Assembly: GCF_000015585.1 (NCBI RefSeq)
Contig: NC_008789.1
Coordinates: 630,001 to 662,000 of the forward strand
Source of the DNA: Halorhodospira halophila SL1
Lineage (GTDB): Bacteria; Pseudomonadota; Gammaproteobacteria; Nitrococcales; Halorhodospiraceae
DNA length: 32,000 bases
Reading direction: 5' to 3'
Position 1 is the stretch's first letter; each line of letters begins with the position of its first letter. Positions 9,455 to 20,941 of the stretch are shown piece by piece. Under the pieces are notes generated by a model that worked only from the letters and a program-made list of their open reading frames with translations, searched no databases and was not told where the DNA came from. Made by a program: the position numbers and the translations under genes.

Positions 9455-9497
9455 GAGGTTTGTGCGGGTCCAGGGGTTAGGGGTCAGGGTTCACTGT

Positions 9498-10832
9498 TCA
9501 GGCGGTGCCGCGATCGTGGGGGCCATCGACCTCAACCCCCATGCCCAGGCGGCGCAGGAGCTCCACGAACCCGGGGAAAGAGGTGCGCACGTTCTCGCAG
9601 GCCTCGATCTCCACGGGCGCCTCGGCGCGCAGGGCGGCGACGGCGAAGGCCATGGCGATGCGGTGGTCGGTATGGCTGTGCACCCGGCCGCCGCCGAGCA
9701 CGGGCTGGCCGACGATGCGCACACCGTCCTCGCGGGGCTCGACGGTCACGCCCAGTGTCTGCAGCCCCTCGGCCATCACCGCGATGCGATCCGACTCCTT
9801 GACGCGCAGCTCGGCGGCGCCGGTGAGCTGCGTCTCGCCCTCGGCGCAGGCGGCGGCGATGAACAGCGCCGGGAACTCGTCGATGGCCAGCGGCACCAGC
9901 TCCTCGGGGATGGCGATACCGCGCAACGCGGCGGAGCGGACGCGCAGGTCCGCCACCGGCTCGCCGCCGACCTCGTCGGTGCTCAGTACCTCGATATCGG
10001 CCCCCATGCGCCGGAGGATCTCCACCACGCCGGTGCGCGTGGGGTTCCAGCCCACGTGGCGCAGGGTCAAGTCCGAGCCCGGGGCGATGCTCGCCGCGAC
10101 CAGCAGGAAGGCGGCCGAGGAGATGTCCGCCGGCACGTCGACGCCGGTGCCGTAGAGCCGCCGCCCGCCTTCGAGACAGACTGTAGCCAGATCGCGGGAG
10201 ACCGGGTAGCCGAACCCCTGCAGCATCCGCTCGGTGTGATCCCGGGTGGGGGCCGGCTCGGTGACGCAGGTGTGGCCCTCGGCGCGCATGCCGGCGAGCA
10301 GCAACGCCGATTTCACCTGGGCACTGGCCACCGGCAGCGTGTAGTCGATGCCGGCCAGCGGGCTGCCGCCGTGGATACGCAACGGCGCGGTGCCGGCGTC
10401 GCTGGTGGTGATCCGCGCGCCCATCTCCGCCAGGGGCTCGGTGACCCGCCGCATGGGCCGGCGGTTGAGCGAGGCGTCGCCGGTGAGCACGGTGTCGAAC
10501 GGCAATCCGGCCAGTAGCCCGGCGAGCAGGCGCATGGAGGTGCCGGAGTTGCCCACGTCCAGCTCCCGGGCGGGCGGGCGCAGCCCTTCCCAGCCCACCC
10601 CGTGCACCGTGACCGCACCCTGCTCCGGGCCCTCGATGGCCACCCCCAGGGCGCGGAAGACATCGATGGTCGCCAGGACGTCGGCCCCCTCCAGCATCCC
10701 GGTGATCCGTGTCGTGCCGTCGGCCAGGGCGCCGAGCATCACCGCCCGGTGGGAGATGGACTTGTCCCCCGGCACCCGGGCCTCGCCGTGCAGGGCCCCG
10801 CCCGGGGCAACCCGCCAGTTTTCGCCCTCCAT
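9498..10832 (-). CDS. aroA: 3-phosphoshikimate 1-carboxyvinyltransferase (EPSP synthase)
   Basis: Start ATG 10830-10832 (MEGENWRV...). Motifs PGDKSISHR, GNSGTSMRLL, RPM.R and HTDHRIAMAF. The upstream part of the 742-aa track ORF is an out-of-frame read-through over tyrA. Confidence 0.95.
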   Translation of the reverse strand: MEGENWRVAPGGALHGEARVPGDKSISHRAVMLGALADGTTRITGMLEGADVLATIDVFRALGVAIEGPEQGAVTVHGVGWEGLRPPARELDVGNSGTSMRLLAGLLAGLPFDTVLTGDASLNRRPMRRVTEPLAEMGARITTSDAGTAPLRIHGGSPLAGIDYTLPVASAQVKSALLLAGMRAEGHTCVTEPAPTRDHTERMLQGFGYPVSRDLATVCLEGGRRLYGTGVDVPADISSAAFLLVAASIAPGSDLTLRHVGWNPTRTGVVEILRRMGADIEVLSTDEVGGEPVADLRVRSAALRGIAIPEELVPLAIDEFPALFIAAACAEGETQLTGAAELRVKESDRIAVMAEGLQTLGVTVEPREDGVRIVGQPVLGGGRVHSHTDHRIAMAFAVAALRAEAPVEIEACENVRTSFPGFVELLRRLGMGVEVDGPHDRGTA

Positions 10833-10837
10833 TGCGC

Positions 10838-11713
10838 TCACGAGCGGCCCTCCAGCAGGCGCAGGAAGCCGGCGCGGGCCTCCTGGGCGTTTTCGAAGAC
10901 ACGCAGGACCTGCTCGTCGTCGCCGGCGGCCAACGCATCGGTCAGCCGCCCCAGGTCCTGCTGGTACCGGCGCAGCGCCGCGACCAGATGGTCGCGATTG
11001 GCAGTACAGATATCCCGCCACATGGCCGGGTCCGAAGAGGCGATGCGAGTGAAGTCCCGGAAGCCGCCGGCAGCGTACTCGAAGATCTCCTGACGATCGT
11101 CCCAGCCGGCCAGGGCATCCACCAGCGCGTAGGCCAGCGCATGCGGCAGGTGGGAGGTGGCCGCCAGCACCTCGTCGTGGTGGTCGGCCTCCATGCGCAC
11201 GACCTGCGCACCGGCGGCGCGCCACATGGCGGCGACCCGCTCCACGGCGTCTTGCGGGTTCTGCGGCGTGGGGGTCAGGATCACCCGACGCCGGTCGTAG
11301 AGTTCGGCAAAGGCGGCCTCGACGCCGCTGTTCTCGGTGCCGGCGATGGGATGGCCGGGCACCAGCCACGGCGGCGGGGTACCAAAGACAGCCCGGGCAT
11401 CCTCGACCACCGAGCCCTTTACGCTGCCGGCGTCGGTAACCACGGTCCCGGGCTCCACCGCATGCTCCAGGGCGGCAAAGACACCGCGCATGGCACGCAG
11501 GGGGACGCAGATCACCACCAGGTCGGCCCCGGCGGCGGCTTCGGCCGGATCGTGACAACCGCGGTCGATCACCCCCAGGGCCTGGGCCCGCTCCAGGTTC
11601 TCGGCGCTGCGCCCGCAGCCGATCACCTCCTCGACCGCCCCGCTGCGGCGCAGCGACAGGGCCAGCGAGCCGCCGATCAGGCCGACGCCGATGATGGCCA
11701 GACGCCGGATCAC
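10838..11713 (-). CDS. tyrA: Prephenate dehydrogenase
   Basis: The GTG start 11711-11713 overlaps the hisC stop (GTGA). Contains IIGVGLIGGSLALSL (Rossmann), GHPIAGTE and HDEVLAATSHLPH. It is separate from aroA, with its own stop 5 nt before the aroA ATG. Confidence 0.9.
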   Translation of the reverse strand: MIRRLAIIGVGLIGGSLALSLRRSGAVEEVIGCGRSAENLERAQALGVIDRGCHDPAEAAAGADLVVICVPLRAMRGVFAALEHAVEPGTVVTDAGSVKGSVVEDARAVFGTPPPWLVPGHPIAGTENSGVEAAFAELYDRRRVILTPTPQNPQDAVERVAAMWRAAGAQVVRMEADHHDEVLAATSHLPHALAYALVDALAGWDDRQEIFEYAAGGFRDFTRIASSDPAMWRDICTANRDHLVAALRRYQQDLGRLTDALAAGDDEQVLRVFENAQEARAGFLRLLEGRS

Positions 11714-12855
11714 GCCGCGCCTCCATGCAGCTGCCGGGACAGCGCGGCCAGGAAGGTGCGGTTCTCCGTCGGCGTGCCGACGCTCACCCGCAGGTGTCCG
11801 GGCAGGTCGTAGGCGTCCACCGGGCGGACGATAACGCCGCTGCGCAGCAGCCCCTCGTTGAGCTCGGCAGCCCGCGCCCCGGCGTCGAAGGTCAGGAAGT
11901 TGCCGGCGGACGGCAGGGGGACAAAGCCCAGCTCCTCCAGCCCGCGGCGCAGCAGTGCACGCTGCTCGGTGTTCAGCGCCACCGAGCGCTCCAGGTGCTC
12001 GGCATCGGCCAACGACGCCGCCGCCGCGGCCTGCGCCGGACCCGAGCAGTTGAAGGGCTGACGGACCCGGTTCATCAGCTCGGCCACCGCCGGGTGCGAC
12101 AGGGCGTACCCGGCCCGCAGCCCGCCCAGGCCGTGGACCTTCGAGAAGCTGCGGGTGACGATCAGATTCGGGTAGTCGTCGAGCCAGCGGCTGGCGTCCG
12201 GATAGTCGGCCTCCTCCACCGCGTACTCGAAGTACGCCTCGTCGACCACGGCCAGGGTCCGCGCCGGCACGGCGTCGAGGAAGCGACGCAGGGCCTCGGC
12301 CCCGACCCAGGTGCCGGTGGGGTTGTTGGGATTGGCGACGAAGACCACCTGGACCGTATCGTCGGTCGCCGCCGCCATGGCCTCCAGGTCGTGGCCGCGG
12401 GGCTGCGCCGGGTGATCGGCAGCGAGCGCCGGCACCACCCGCGCCTCGGCCCCCACGGCCTGGGTCACGATCGGATAGACGGCGAAGGCGTGCGCCGAGA
12501 ACACCGCGCACCGCCCGGGACCGAGGAAGGTCTGGGCCACCAGGGCGAGGACATCGTTGGAGCCGTTGCCCAGGGTGACCCGCTGCGGGTCGATGCCGTG
12601 GCGCTCGGCGATGGCGTGGCGAAGCTCGAAGCCGTTGCCGTCGGGATAGCGGTGGCCTTCCTGCACCGCCGCGGCAGCGGCCTCGGATGCCCGGGGCGAG
12701 GGCCCCAGCGGATTCTCGTTGGAGGCGAGTTTGATCACCTCCTCGACACCGTACTCGCGGCGCAGCGCCTCGATGGGCTTGCCCGGCTCGTAGGGAGCGA
12801 GCCCGCGTACGCCCGGGTTGGCCTGTTCGAGGAACGGGGGTTCGGGTACAGCCAT
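11710..12855 (-). CDS. hisC: Histidinol-phosphate / aromatic aminotransferase (class II)
   Basis: LASNENPLGPSP, YPD..G..LR, NPNNPTG and SFSKVHGLGGLRAGY (PLP lysine). Confidence 0.9.
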   Translation of the reverse strand: MAVPEPPFLEQANPGVRGLAPYEPGKPIEALRREYGVEEVIKLASNENPLGPSPRASEAAAAAVQEGHRYPDGNGFELRHAIAERHGIDPQRVTLGNGSNDVLALVAQTFLGPGRCAVFSAHAFAVYPIVTQAVGAEARVVPALAADHPAQPRGHDLEAMAAATDDTVQVVFVANPNNPTGTWVGAEALRRFLDAVPARTLAVVDEAYFEYAVEEADYPDASRWLDDYPNLIVTRSFSKVHGLGGLRAGYALSHPAVAELMNRVRQPFNCSGPAQAAAAASLADAEHLERSVALNTEQRALLRRGLEELGFVPLPSAGNFLTFDAGARAAELNEGLLRSGVIVRPVDAYDLPGHLRVSVGTPTENRTFLAALSRQLHGGAA

Positions 12856-12858
12856 GGA

Positions 12859-13947
12859 TCAGATCGCCCTTGGATAGGAGCCGAGGATACGGAAGAGGCT
12901 GGCACGCTCGCGCATCTCCGCAAGGGGACCGCGCAGGCTCTCGTCCTCGGCGTGCCCGAGGATATCGATGAAGAAGACGTACTCCCAAACCCCGCGCTGG
13001 CGTGCCGGACGCGACTCGATCCGGGTCATGTCGATGCCGTTGCGCGCCAGCGGCTCGAGCAGCTGAAAGAGCAACCCGGAGCGGTTGGCGCTGGAGACCA
13101 CCAGCGAGGTCTTGTCGTGGCCGCTGGGCGGCGGGGACTGGTAGCCCAGAACCAGAAAACGGGTGGTGTTGCCGTGGTAGTCCTCGATGCGCTCCTGAAG
13201 CAGCGGCACGCCGTAGCGCTCCGCGGCCGCCTCGCTGGCGATGGCCGCCGCGCTCGGCTCCAGGGCCGCCAGCCGGGCCGCTTCGGCCGTGCTGGAGACC
13301 GGGTGGCGCTCGGCCTGCGGGAGGTGGGTCTCCAGCCACGCGCGGCACTGCGACAGCCCCTGCTGGTGGGAGTAGACCCGGTCAATCGAGGTCAGCCCCC
13401 CGGCGTGACTGGCCAGGGCGTGGTGGATGCGTAGCTCCACCTCACCGACGATGGCCAGCTCCGAATCCAGGAAGCGATCCAGGGTATGACTGACGACGCC
13501 CTCGGAGGAGTTCTCCACCGGCACCACCCCGTAGTGCGCCGCGCCCGACTCCACCTCGCGGAAGACCCCGCCGATGGTGGCCTGGGGCGACATCCCGGCA
13601 TCGTGGCCGAAGTGCTTGCTGGCCGCCTCTTCGGTGAAGGTCCCCTGGGGGCCGAGAAAGGCGACGGTCAGCGGCTGCTGGAGCGCCCGGCAGGCGGACA
13701 TCACCTCGCGGAAGAGCACCGTGACCTGCTCACGGGTCAGCGGCCCACGGTTGTGCTCGGTCAACCGGCGCAGGATCTCCGCCTCGCGCTCCGGGCGGTA
13801 GACCTTGAGCGCCTCGCCGCGGCGGGCCTTGGCGCGGGCCACCTCCTCGGCCAGGCGGGCCCGCTCACTGACCAGCTCGAGGATCTGGTCGTCGATCCCG
13901 TCGATCCGTTGCCGCAGCGCGGCGAGGTCGTCATTGTCGACGGACAT
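12859..13947 (-). CDS. pheA: Bifunctional chorismate mutase / prephenate dehydratase (P-protein) with ACT domain
   Basis: N-terminal CM_2 (LRQRIDGIDDQILELVSERARLA), then FLGPQGTFTEEA, VPVENSSEGVV, TRFLVLG and ESRP. Confidence 0.95.
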   Translation of the reverse strand: MSVDNDDLAALRQRIDGIDDQILELVSERARLAEEVARAKARRGEALKVYRPEREAEILRRLTEHNRGPLTREQVTVLFREVMSACRALQQPLTVAFLGPQGTFTEEAASKHFGHDAGMSPQATIGGVFREVESGAAHYGVVPVENSSEGVVSHTLDRFLDSELAIVGEVELRIHHALASHAGGLTSIDRVYSHQQGLSQCRAWLETHLPQAERHPVSSTAEAARLAALEPSAAAIASEAAAERYGVPLLQERIEDYHGNTTRFLVLGYQSPPPSGHDKTSLVVSSANRSGLLFQLLEPLARNGIDMTRIESRPARQRGVWEYVFFIDILGHAEDESLRGPLAEMRERASLFRILGSYPRAI

Positions 13948-13956
13948 CGCTCCCCC

Positions 13957-15135
13957 TCAGCTGATCACGCGGACCTTCAGAACCCCCTCGATGGCGCGCA
14001 GTTCCTCGGCCACCGCGTCGGGAACCTGCCCCTCGACATCCACCAGGGTATAGGCGAGCTGCTCCTGGGCCTTGTTGAACATGTCGTCGATGTTCAACCC
14101 GTGCTGCGCCAGCAGGCTGGAGATCTGACCAAGCATGTTCGGCACATTGGCGTTGACCACGCACAGCCGGTCACCCTTGCCGCTGCGCGGCATGCCCATA
14201 TCCGGGAAGTTGACCGCATTGCGTACGTTGCCGGTCTCCAGGTAATCGCGCACCTGGTCGGCCACCATGATGGCGCAGTTCTCCTGGGCCTCGTGGGTCG
14301 AGGCGCCGAGGTGGGGCAGCGTCACCGCCCGCGGATGGTCCTTGAGGGCGTTGCTGGGGAAATCGCAGACGTAGGCGTGGAGCCGCTCCTCGTTGAGCGC
14401 CTGGAGCACGTCGGCCTCGTCCACCACCTCGGCACGGGAGAAGTTCAGCAGGGTGGCCCCCTCCCGGGCCTGCGCCAGGCGCGAGGCGTTGATCAGCCCG
14501 CGGGTCGCATCGAGCAGCGGCACGTGGACACTGATCATGTCCGAGCGGGCCATGACATCGCCGACGCTGTGCGCCGCCTCGACGCCGGAGTCCAGGGCCC
14601 AGGCAGCGTCCACGGTGATCTGCGGATCGAAGCCGACGACTTTCATCCCCAGGGCCCGGGCCGTGTTGGCCACCTGGACGCCGATGGCCCCGAGACCGAC
14701 CACGCCGAGGGTCCGGCCCGGGAGCTCGAAGCCGACGAAGCGCTTCTTATTGGCCTCCATGGCCTCGTGCAGCTCGGCGTCACTGCCCTGCAGGCCGCGG
14801 CCGTACTCCCAGGCCGGGCAGATGTTGCGCGCCGCCAGGAACAGTCCGGCGATGACCAGCTCCTTGACCGCATTGGCGTTGGCGCCGGGGGCGTTGAAGA
14901 CCGGCACCCCCCGCTCGGTCATGTCGGCGACCGGGATGTTGTTGACCCCCGCCCCGGCGCGGCCGATGGCCACCACCGAGTCGGGGATCTCCTGGCCGTG
15001 TAGATCGGCGGAGCGCACCAGGATGGCGTCCGGGTGCGCGATGTCCGAGGAGGTCTCGAAGCGTTCGCGCGGCAGCCGATCCAGGCCCTTCACCGAGATG
15101 TTGTTCAGCGTGAGGATGCGGTACATGGGATTCAC
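13957..15135 (-). CDS. serA: D-3-phosphoglycerate dehydrogenase (2-hydroxyacid dehydrogenase with C-terminal ACT domain)
   Basis: [16 protein letters not shown] fold, VHVPL...T..LIN, PHLGAST.EA, and an ACT-like tail ([24 protein letters not shown]). The start is either GTG 15133-15135 (overlapping the serC stop, GTGA) or ATG 15124-15126. Confidence 0.8.
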   Translation of the reverse strand: MNPMYRILTLNNISVKGLDRLPRERFETSSDIAHPDAILVRSADLHGQEIPDSVVAIGRAGAGVNNIPVADMTERGVPVFNAPGANANAVKELVIAGLFLAARNICPAWEYGRGLQGSDAELHEAMEANKKRFVGFELPGRTLGVVGLGAIGVQVANTARALGMKVVGFDPQITVDAAWALDSGVEAAHSVGDVMARSDMISVHVPLLDATRGLINASRLAQAREGATLLNFSRAEVVDEADVLQALNEERLHAYVCDFPSNALKDHPRAVTLPHLGASTHEAQENCAIMVADQVRDYLETGNVRNAVNFPDMGMPRSGKGDRLCVVNANVPNMLGQISSLLAQHGLNIDDMFNKAQEQLAYTLVDVEGQVPDAVAEELRAIEGVLKVRVIS

Positions 15136-16211
15136 CCGTTTCGCCTCTCGAAATCGGCCATGAACTCGACGAGCCGGTCCACGCCGGCCTCCGGCATGGC
15201 ATTGTAGATTGAGGCCCGCATGCCACCCACCGAGCGGTGCCCCTTGAGCGTGGTCAGACCGGCGGCCTCGGCCTCCTCGAGGAAGAGCTTGTCGAGGCCG
15301 TCATCGGCCAGGACAAAGGGCACGTTCATCCACGAGCGCGCCTGCGGATCCACCGGGTTCGAGTAGAACGGCGAGGCGTCGATAGCGTCGTAGAGCTTCT
15401 GCGCCTTGCGGTGGTTGATCTCGGCCATGGCCTCGAGACCGCCGAGGTCCTTCAGCCACTGGAACACCAGCCCGGCGATGTAGAGCGGATACGTAGCGGG
15501 GGTGTTGAGCATGGAGTCGGCGTCGACCTGCTGCTGGTAGTCCCAGACCGTGGGCGTCTGCGGCATCGCCTCGCCGAGCAGGTCCTCGCGGACGATCACC
15601 AGGGTCACGCCGGCCGGGCCGATGTTCTTCTGCGCCCCGGCGTAGATCAGCCCGTAGCGGCTGACGTCGATCGGCCGCGACAGCAGCGTCGAGGACATGT
15701 CCGCCACCAGCGGCTTGTCGCCGACGTCGGGCAGCCAGTGGAACTCCACGCCGCTGATGGTCTCGTTGGGGGTGAAGTGGACGTAGGCGGCGTCGTCGGA
15801 GAGCTGCCACTGCGACTGCGGCGGCACGTGCATCATGTCCGGCTCGCCGGAGGCGGCAACGTTGACCTCGCAGAACTTCTTCGCCTCGGCGATGGCCTTC
15901 TTCGACCACTGACCGGTGTAGATGTAGTCGGCGCGCTTGCCGCCACGCAGCAGGTTCATGGGGATGGCCGAGAACTGTCCGGTGGCCCCGCCCTGCAGGA
16001 ACAGGACCTTGTAGTTGTCCGGGATCTGCAGCAACGCCCGCAGATCGGCCTCGGCCTTCTCGGCGATGGAGACGTATGCCTTGCCACGGTGGCTCATCTC
16101 CATGACCGACATGCCGGTGCCCTGCCAATCGAGCATCTCCTCGGCGGCCTGGCGCATCACCGCCTCGGGGAGCATGGCCGGGCCGGCACTGAAGTTGAAG
16201 ACTCTACTCAT
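15132..16211 (-). CDS. serC: Phosphoserine aminotransferase
   Basis: Start ATG 16209-16211 ([15 protein letters not shown]) with GAGGA 8 nt upstream. Contains [20 protein letters not shown] and [12 protein letters not shown]. Confidence 0.95.
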   Translation of the reverse strand: MSRVFNFSAGPAMLPEAVMRQAAEEMLDWQGTGMSVMEMSHRGKAYVSIAEKAEADLRALLQIPDNYKVLFLQGGATGQFSAIPMNLLRGGKRADYIYTGQWSKKAIAEAKKFCEVNVAASGEPDMMHVPPQSQWQLSDDAAYVHFTPNETISGVEFHWLPDVGDKPLVADMSSTLLSRPIDVSRYGLIYAGAQKNIGPAGVTLVIVREDLLGEAMPQTPTVWDYQQQVDADSMLNTPATYPLYIAGLVFQWLKDLGGLEAMAEINHRKAQKLYDAIDASPFYSNPVDPQARSWMNVPFVLADDGLDKLFLEEAEAAGLTTLKGHRSVGGMRASIYNAMPEAGVDRLVEFMADFERRNG

Positions 16212-16286
16212 GCGGTGATCCTCGGTTGCGAAACACGAATACCCGGGCCCCGGCAGCGACACCGCCGGCCGTCGACCCCTGACTGC

Positions 16287-18857
<2,571 letters not shown>

Positions 18858-18894
18858 GCGCTCTTCTCAAGACTCTCCTGGGGAAAAGGCCGAT

Positions 18895-18905
18895 GGTATC
18901 ATACC
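18895..18905. promoter_or_regulatory. Palindrome GGTATCATACC in the gyrA / nhaP2 divergent region, giving -10-like hexamers on both strands (TATCAT on plus, TATGAT on minus)
   Basis: Seen in the 81-bp divergent intergenic region 18858-18938. I found no convincing -35 elements. Confidence 0.2.
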
Positions 18906-18938
18906 GCCGCCCGACCGGGAGCGCAGGGAGCCGTCCGC

Positions 18939-20666
18939 TTGGACTTGACCAACCAACTGATCCTGTTCGGCGCCGCTCTACTGCTGGTGAGCGTGCTCGC
19001 CAGCGTGGTCTCCGATCGAGTCGGCGCGCCGATGCTGCTGGTCTTCCTGGGCATCGGCATGCTCCTCGGCGAGGAGGGGCTGTTCGGGATCGACTTCGAC
19101 GACATCCAGGCCGCCCACCTCATCGGCAGCCTGGCGCTGGCGATCATCCTCTTCGACGGCGGGCTGCGCACCCAGACCTCGACATTCCGCGTAGCGCTCA
19201 AACCAGCGCTGACCCTCGCCACCGTCGGCGTGATCATCACCGCCGCTATCACCGGCGGGGTGCTGGCCTGGGTCTTCGACCTCGACTGGAAACAGGGGCT
19301 GCTCCTCGGCGCCATTGTCGGCTCCACCGACGCCGCGGCAGTCTTCGGGCTGCTCCACGCCCGCGGCCTGGAGCTCAAACAACGCGTGGCCGCCACGCTG
19401 GAGATCGAATCGGGCTCCAACGACCCGATGGCGATCTTCCTGACCATCATGCTGGTGGAGATCCTGGTCCAGCAGCCAGACCTGCTCGCCGCGGCGGCGG
19501 CCCTGGAGTTTGCCCAGCAGCTCGGCCTGGGCGCGGCCTTCGGCGCCCTGGGCGGCCTGGCCCTGGCCGGGCTGATCAACCGCATCAACCTCACTCCCGG
19601 GCTCTACCCGCTGCTCGCCCTCGGCGGCGGCCTGGCCATCTTCGGCGCCGCGGCAGTCCTCGGCGGCAGCGGCTTCCTGGCCGTCTACCTCGCCGGGCTG
19701 ATCGTTGGCAACCGCCGCCTGCAGGCGGCGCAGAACATCCGCCGCTTCCACGACGGCTTCGCCTGGCTGGCGCAGATCACCATGTTCGTGGTGCTCGGCC
19801 TGCTGGTCACCCCCTCGGAACTACTCCCCGTCGCCGCCCAGGGCCTGCTGGCGGCCGCGGTCCTGATCCTGGTCGCCCGCCCGGTGGCGGTCTTCGCCTG
19901 CCTGGCGCCGTTCCGTTTCCCGTGGCGCGAGCAGCTGTTCATCTCGTGGGTGGGGCTGCGCGGCGCCGTGCCGATCATCCTCGGGCTGTTCCCGCTGCTG
20001 GCCGGGATCGATCAGGCAGACCTGTTCTTCAATGTGGCCTTCTTCGTGGTGCTGGTGTCGCTGGTCGTCCAGGGCTGGACCATCGCCCCGGCAGCCCGGC
20101 TGCTGGGCCTTGAGGTCCCGCCGGATACCGGCGCATCCCAGCGGCAGGTGATCGACGTGCCGCAGCAGACCGACTATGCGTTCATCGCCTACCGGATCAC
20201 CGAGACCTCACCGACCCTCTACGAGCCGGTCAGCCGGCTCAACCTGCCGCCCTCGGCCCAGGCGGTGGCGCTATTCCGCAGCGGTGAGGCGCTGCGCCAT
20301 CCGCAGCGCGAGGTGCTGCGTCCCCGGGACTACCTCTACCTGCTCGCCCTGCCCCGGGACATTGCCGACCTGGATCGCCTCTTCGTTGCCCCCAGCGGGC
20401 CGGCGTATCTTGAGGAGCAGCGCTTCTTTGGCGAGTTCACCCTGGATGGGGCGGCGCGATTGGGGGATATTGCCAGCGCCTACGGCATTACCATGCCGAG
20501 CGGTGCCCAGCCCGAGCAGTCCCTGAGTGATTACCTGCTGTGGATCTTTAACAACCGGGCGGTGGTCGGCGACCGGGTGCGAATCGACAACCTGCAGTTC
20601 ACCATCCGGGAGATCCAGGAGGGGCGCATCGCCAAGGTGGGCATGCGCATCGGACAACGGGGCTGA
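18939..20666 (+). CDS. nhaP2: K+/H+ antiporter of the NhaP2/CvrA type (CPA1 transporter domain plus C-terminal TrkA-C/RCK_C domain)
   Basis: Only the last 575 codons of the 1809-aa track ORF look like a protein: 12-13 hydrophobic helices (GAPMLLVFLGIGMLLGEEG, LAIILFDGGLRT, ESGSNDPMAIF), then a soluble TrkA-C-like tail. A TTG start at 18939 is proposed (gggag 8 nt upstream); the TTG at 18945 is an alternative. Confidence 0.85.
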   Translation: MDLTNQLILFGAALLLVSVLASVVSDRVGAPMLLVFLGIGMLLGEEGLFGIDFDDIQAAHLIGSLALAIILFDGGLRTQTSTFRVALKPALTLATVGVIITAAITGGVLAWVFDLDWKQGLLLGAIVGSTDAAAVFGLLHARGLELKQRVAATLEIESGSNDPMAIFLTIMLVEILVQQPDLLAAAAALEFAQQLGLGAAFGALGGLALAGLINRINLTPGLYPLLALGGGLAIFGAAAVLGGSGFLAVYLAGLIVGNRRLQAAQNIRRFHDGFAWLAQITMFVVLGLLVTPSELLPVAAQGLLAAAVLILVARPVAVFACLAPFRFPWREQLFISWVGLRGAVPIILGLFPLLAGIDQADLFFNVAFFVVLVSLVVQGWTIAPAARLLGLEVPPDTGASQRQVIDVPQQTDYAFIAYRITETSPTLYEPVSRLNLPPSAQAVALFRSGEALRHPQREVLRPRDYLYLLALPRDIADLDRLFVAPSGPAYLEEQRFFGEFTLDGAARLGDIASAYGITMPSGAQPEQSLSDYLLWIFNNRAVVGDRVRIDNLQFTIREIQEGRIAKVGMRIGQRG

Positions 20667-20692
20667 ACGGAACACGCGGACTCGCCCCATCC

Positions 20693-20939
20693 CCCGGAAG
20701 CGGCCCCGCACCCGCCGGGGGGTGATCGGGCTCGCCGAACGCGCCCCGGCGGGGTCCCCTGCGCTGCTTGCCCGCGCAGGGCCGCGCGCAAAGGAACGGC
20801 GCTGGAGCGCCGTTCTGCGCTGCGCGCTGACCAGCGCGAACCAGGAAAGGTTCGCGCTGGCCCCCTGCTTGGGCTGCGCTGCTCGGCGCGTTCGGAATGC
20901 GCCCGATCACCCCCCGGCGGGTGCGGGGCCGCTTCCGGG
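20693..20939 (+). repeat. Long hairpin-forming intergenic repeat, copy E2 (full core)
   Basis: Perfect 39-bp inverted repeat 20693-20731 / 20901-20939. An 11-bp inner stem 20735-20745 / 20885-20895. The core has internal hairpins at 20794-20815 (10-bp stem) and 20831-20860 (12-bp stem, loop aggaaa). Direct repeats of ctgcgctgct lie at 20759-20768 and 20874-20883. Confidence 0.9.
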
Positions 20940-20941
20940 AG

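Noticed and set aside
9498-11726. The 742-aa minus-strand ORF, which might suggest a fused TyrA-AroA protein as in Pseudomonas
   Set aside because: The N-terminal 300 residues are Arg/Gly-rich nonsense produced by reading tyrA out of frame. The real tyrA is in another frame with its own stop at 10838, 5 nt before the aroA ATG at 10832.
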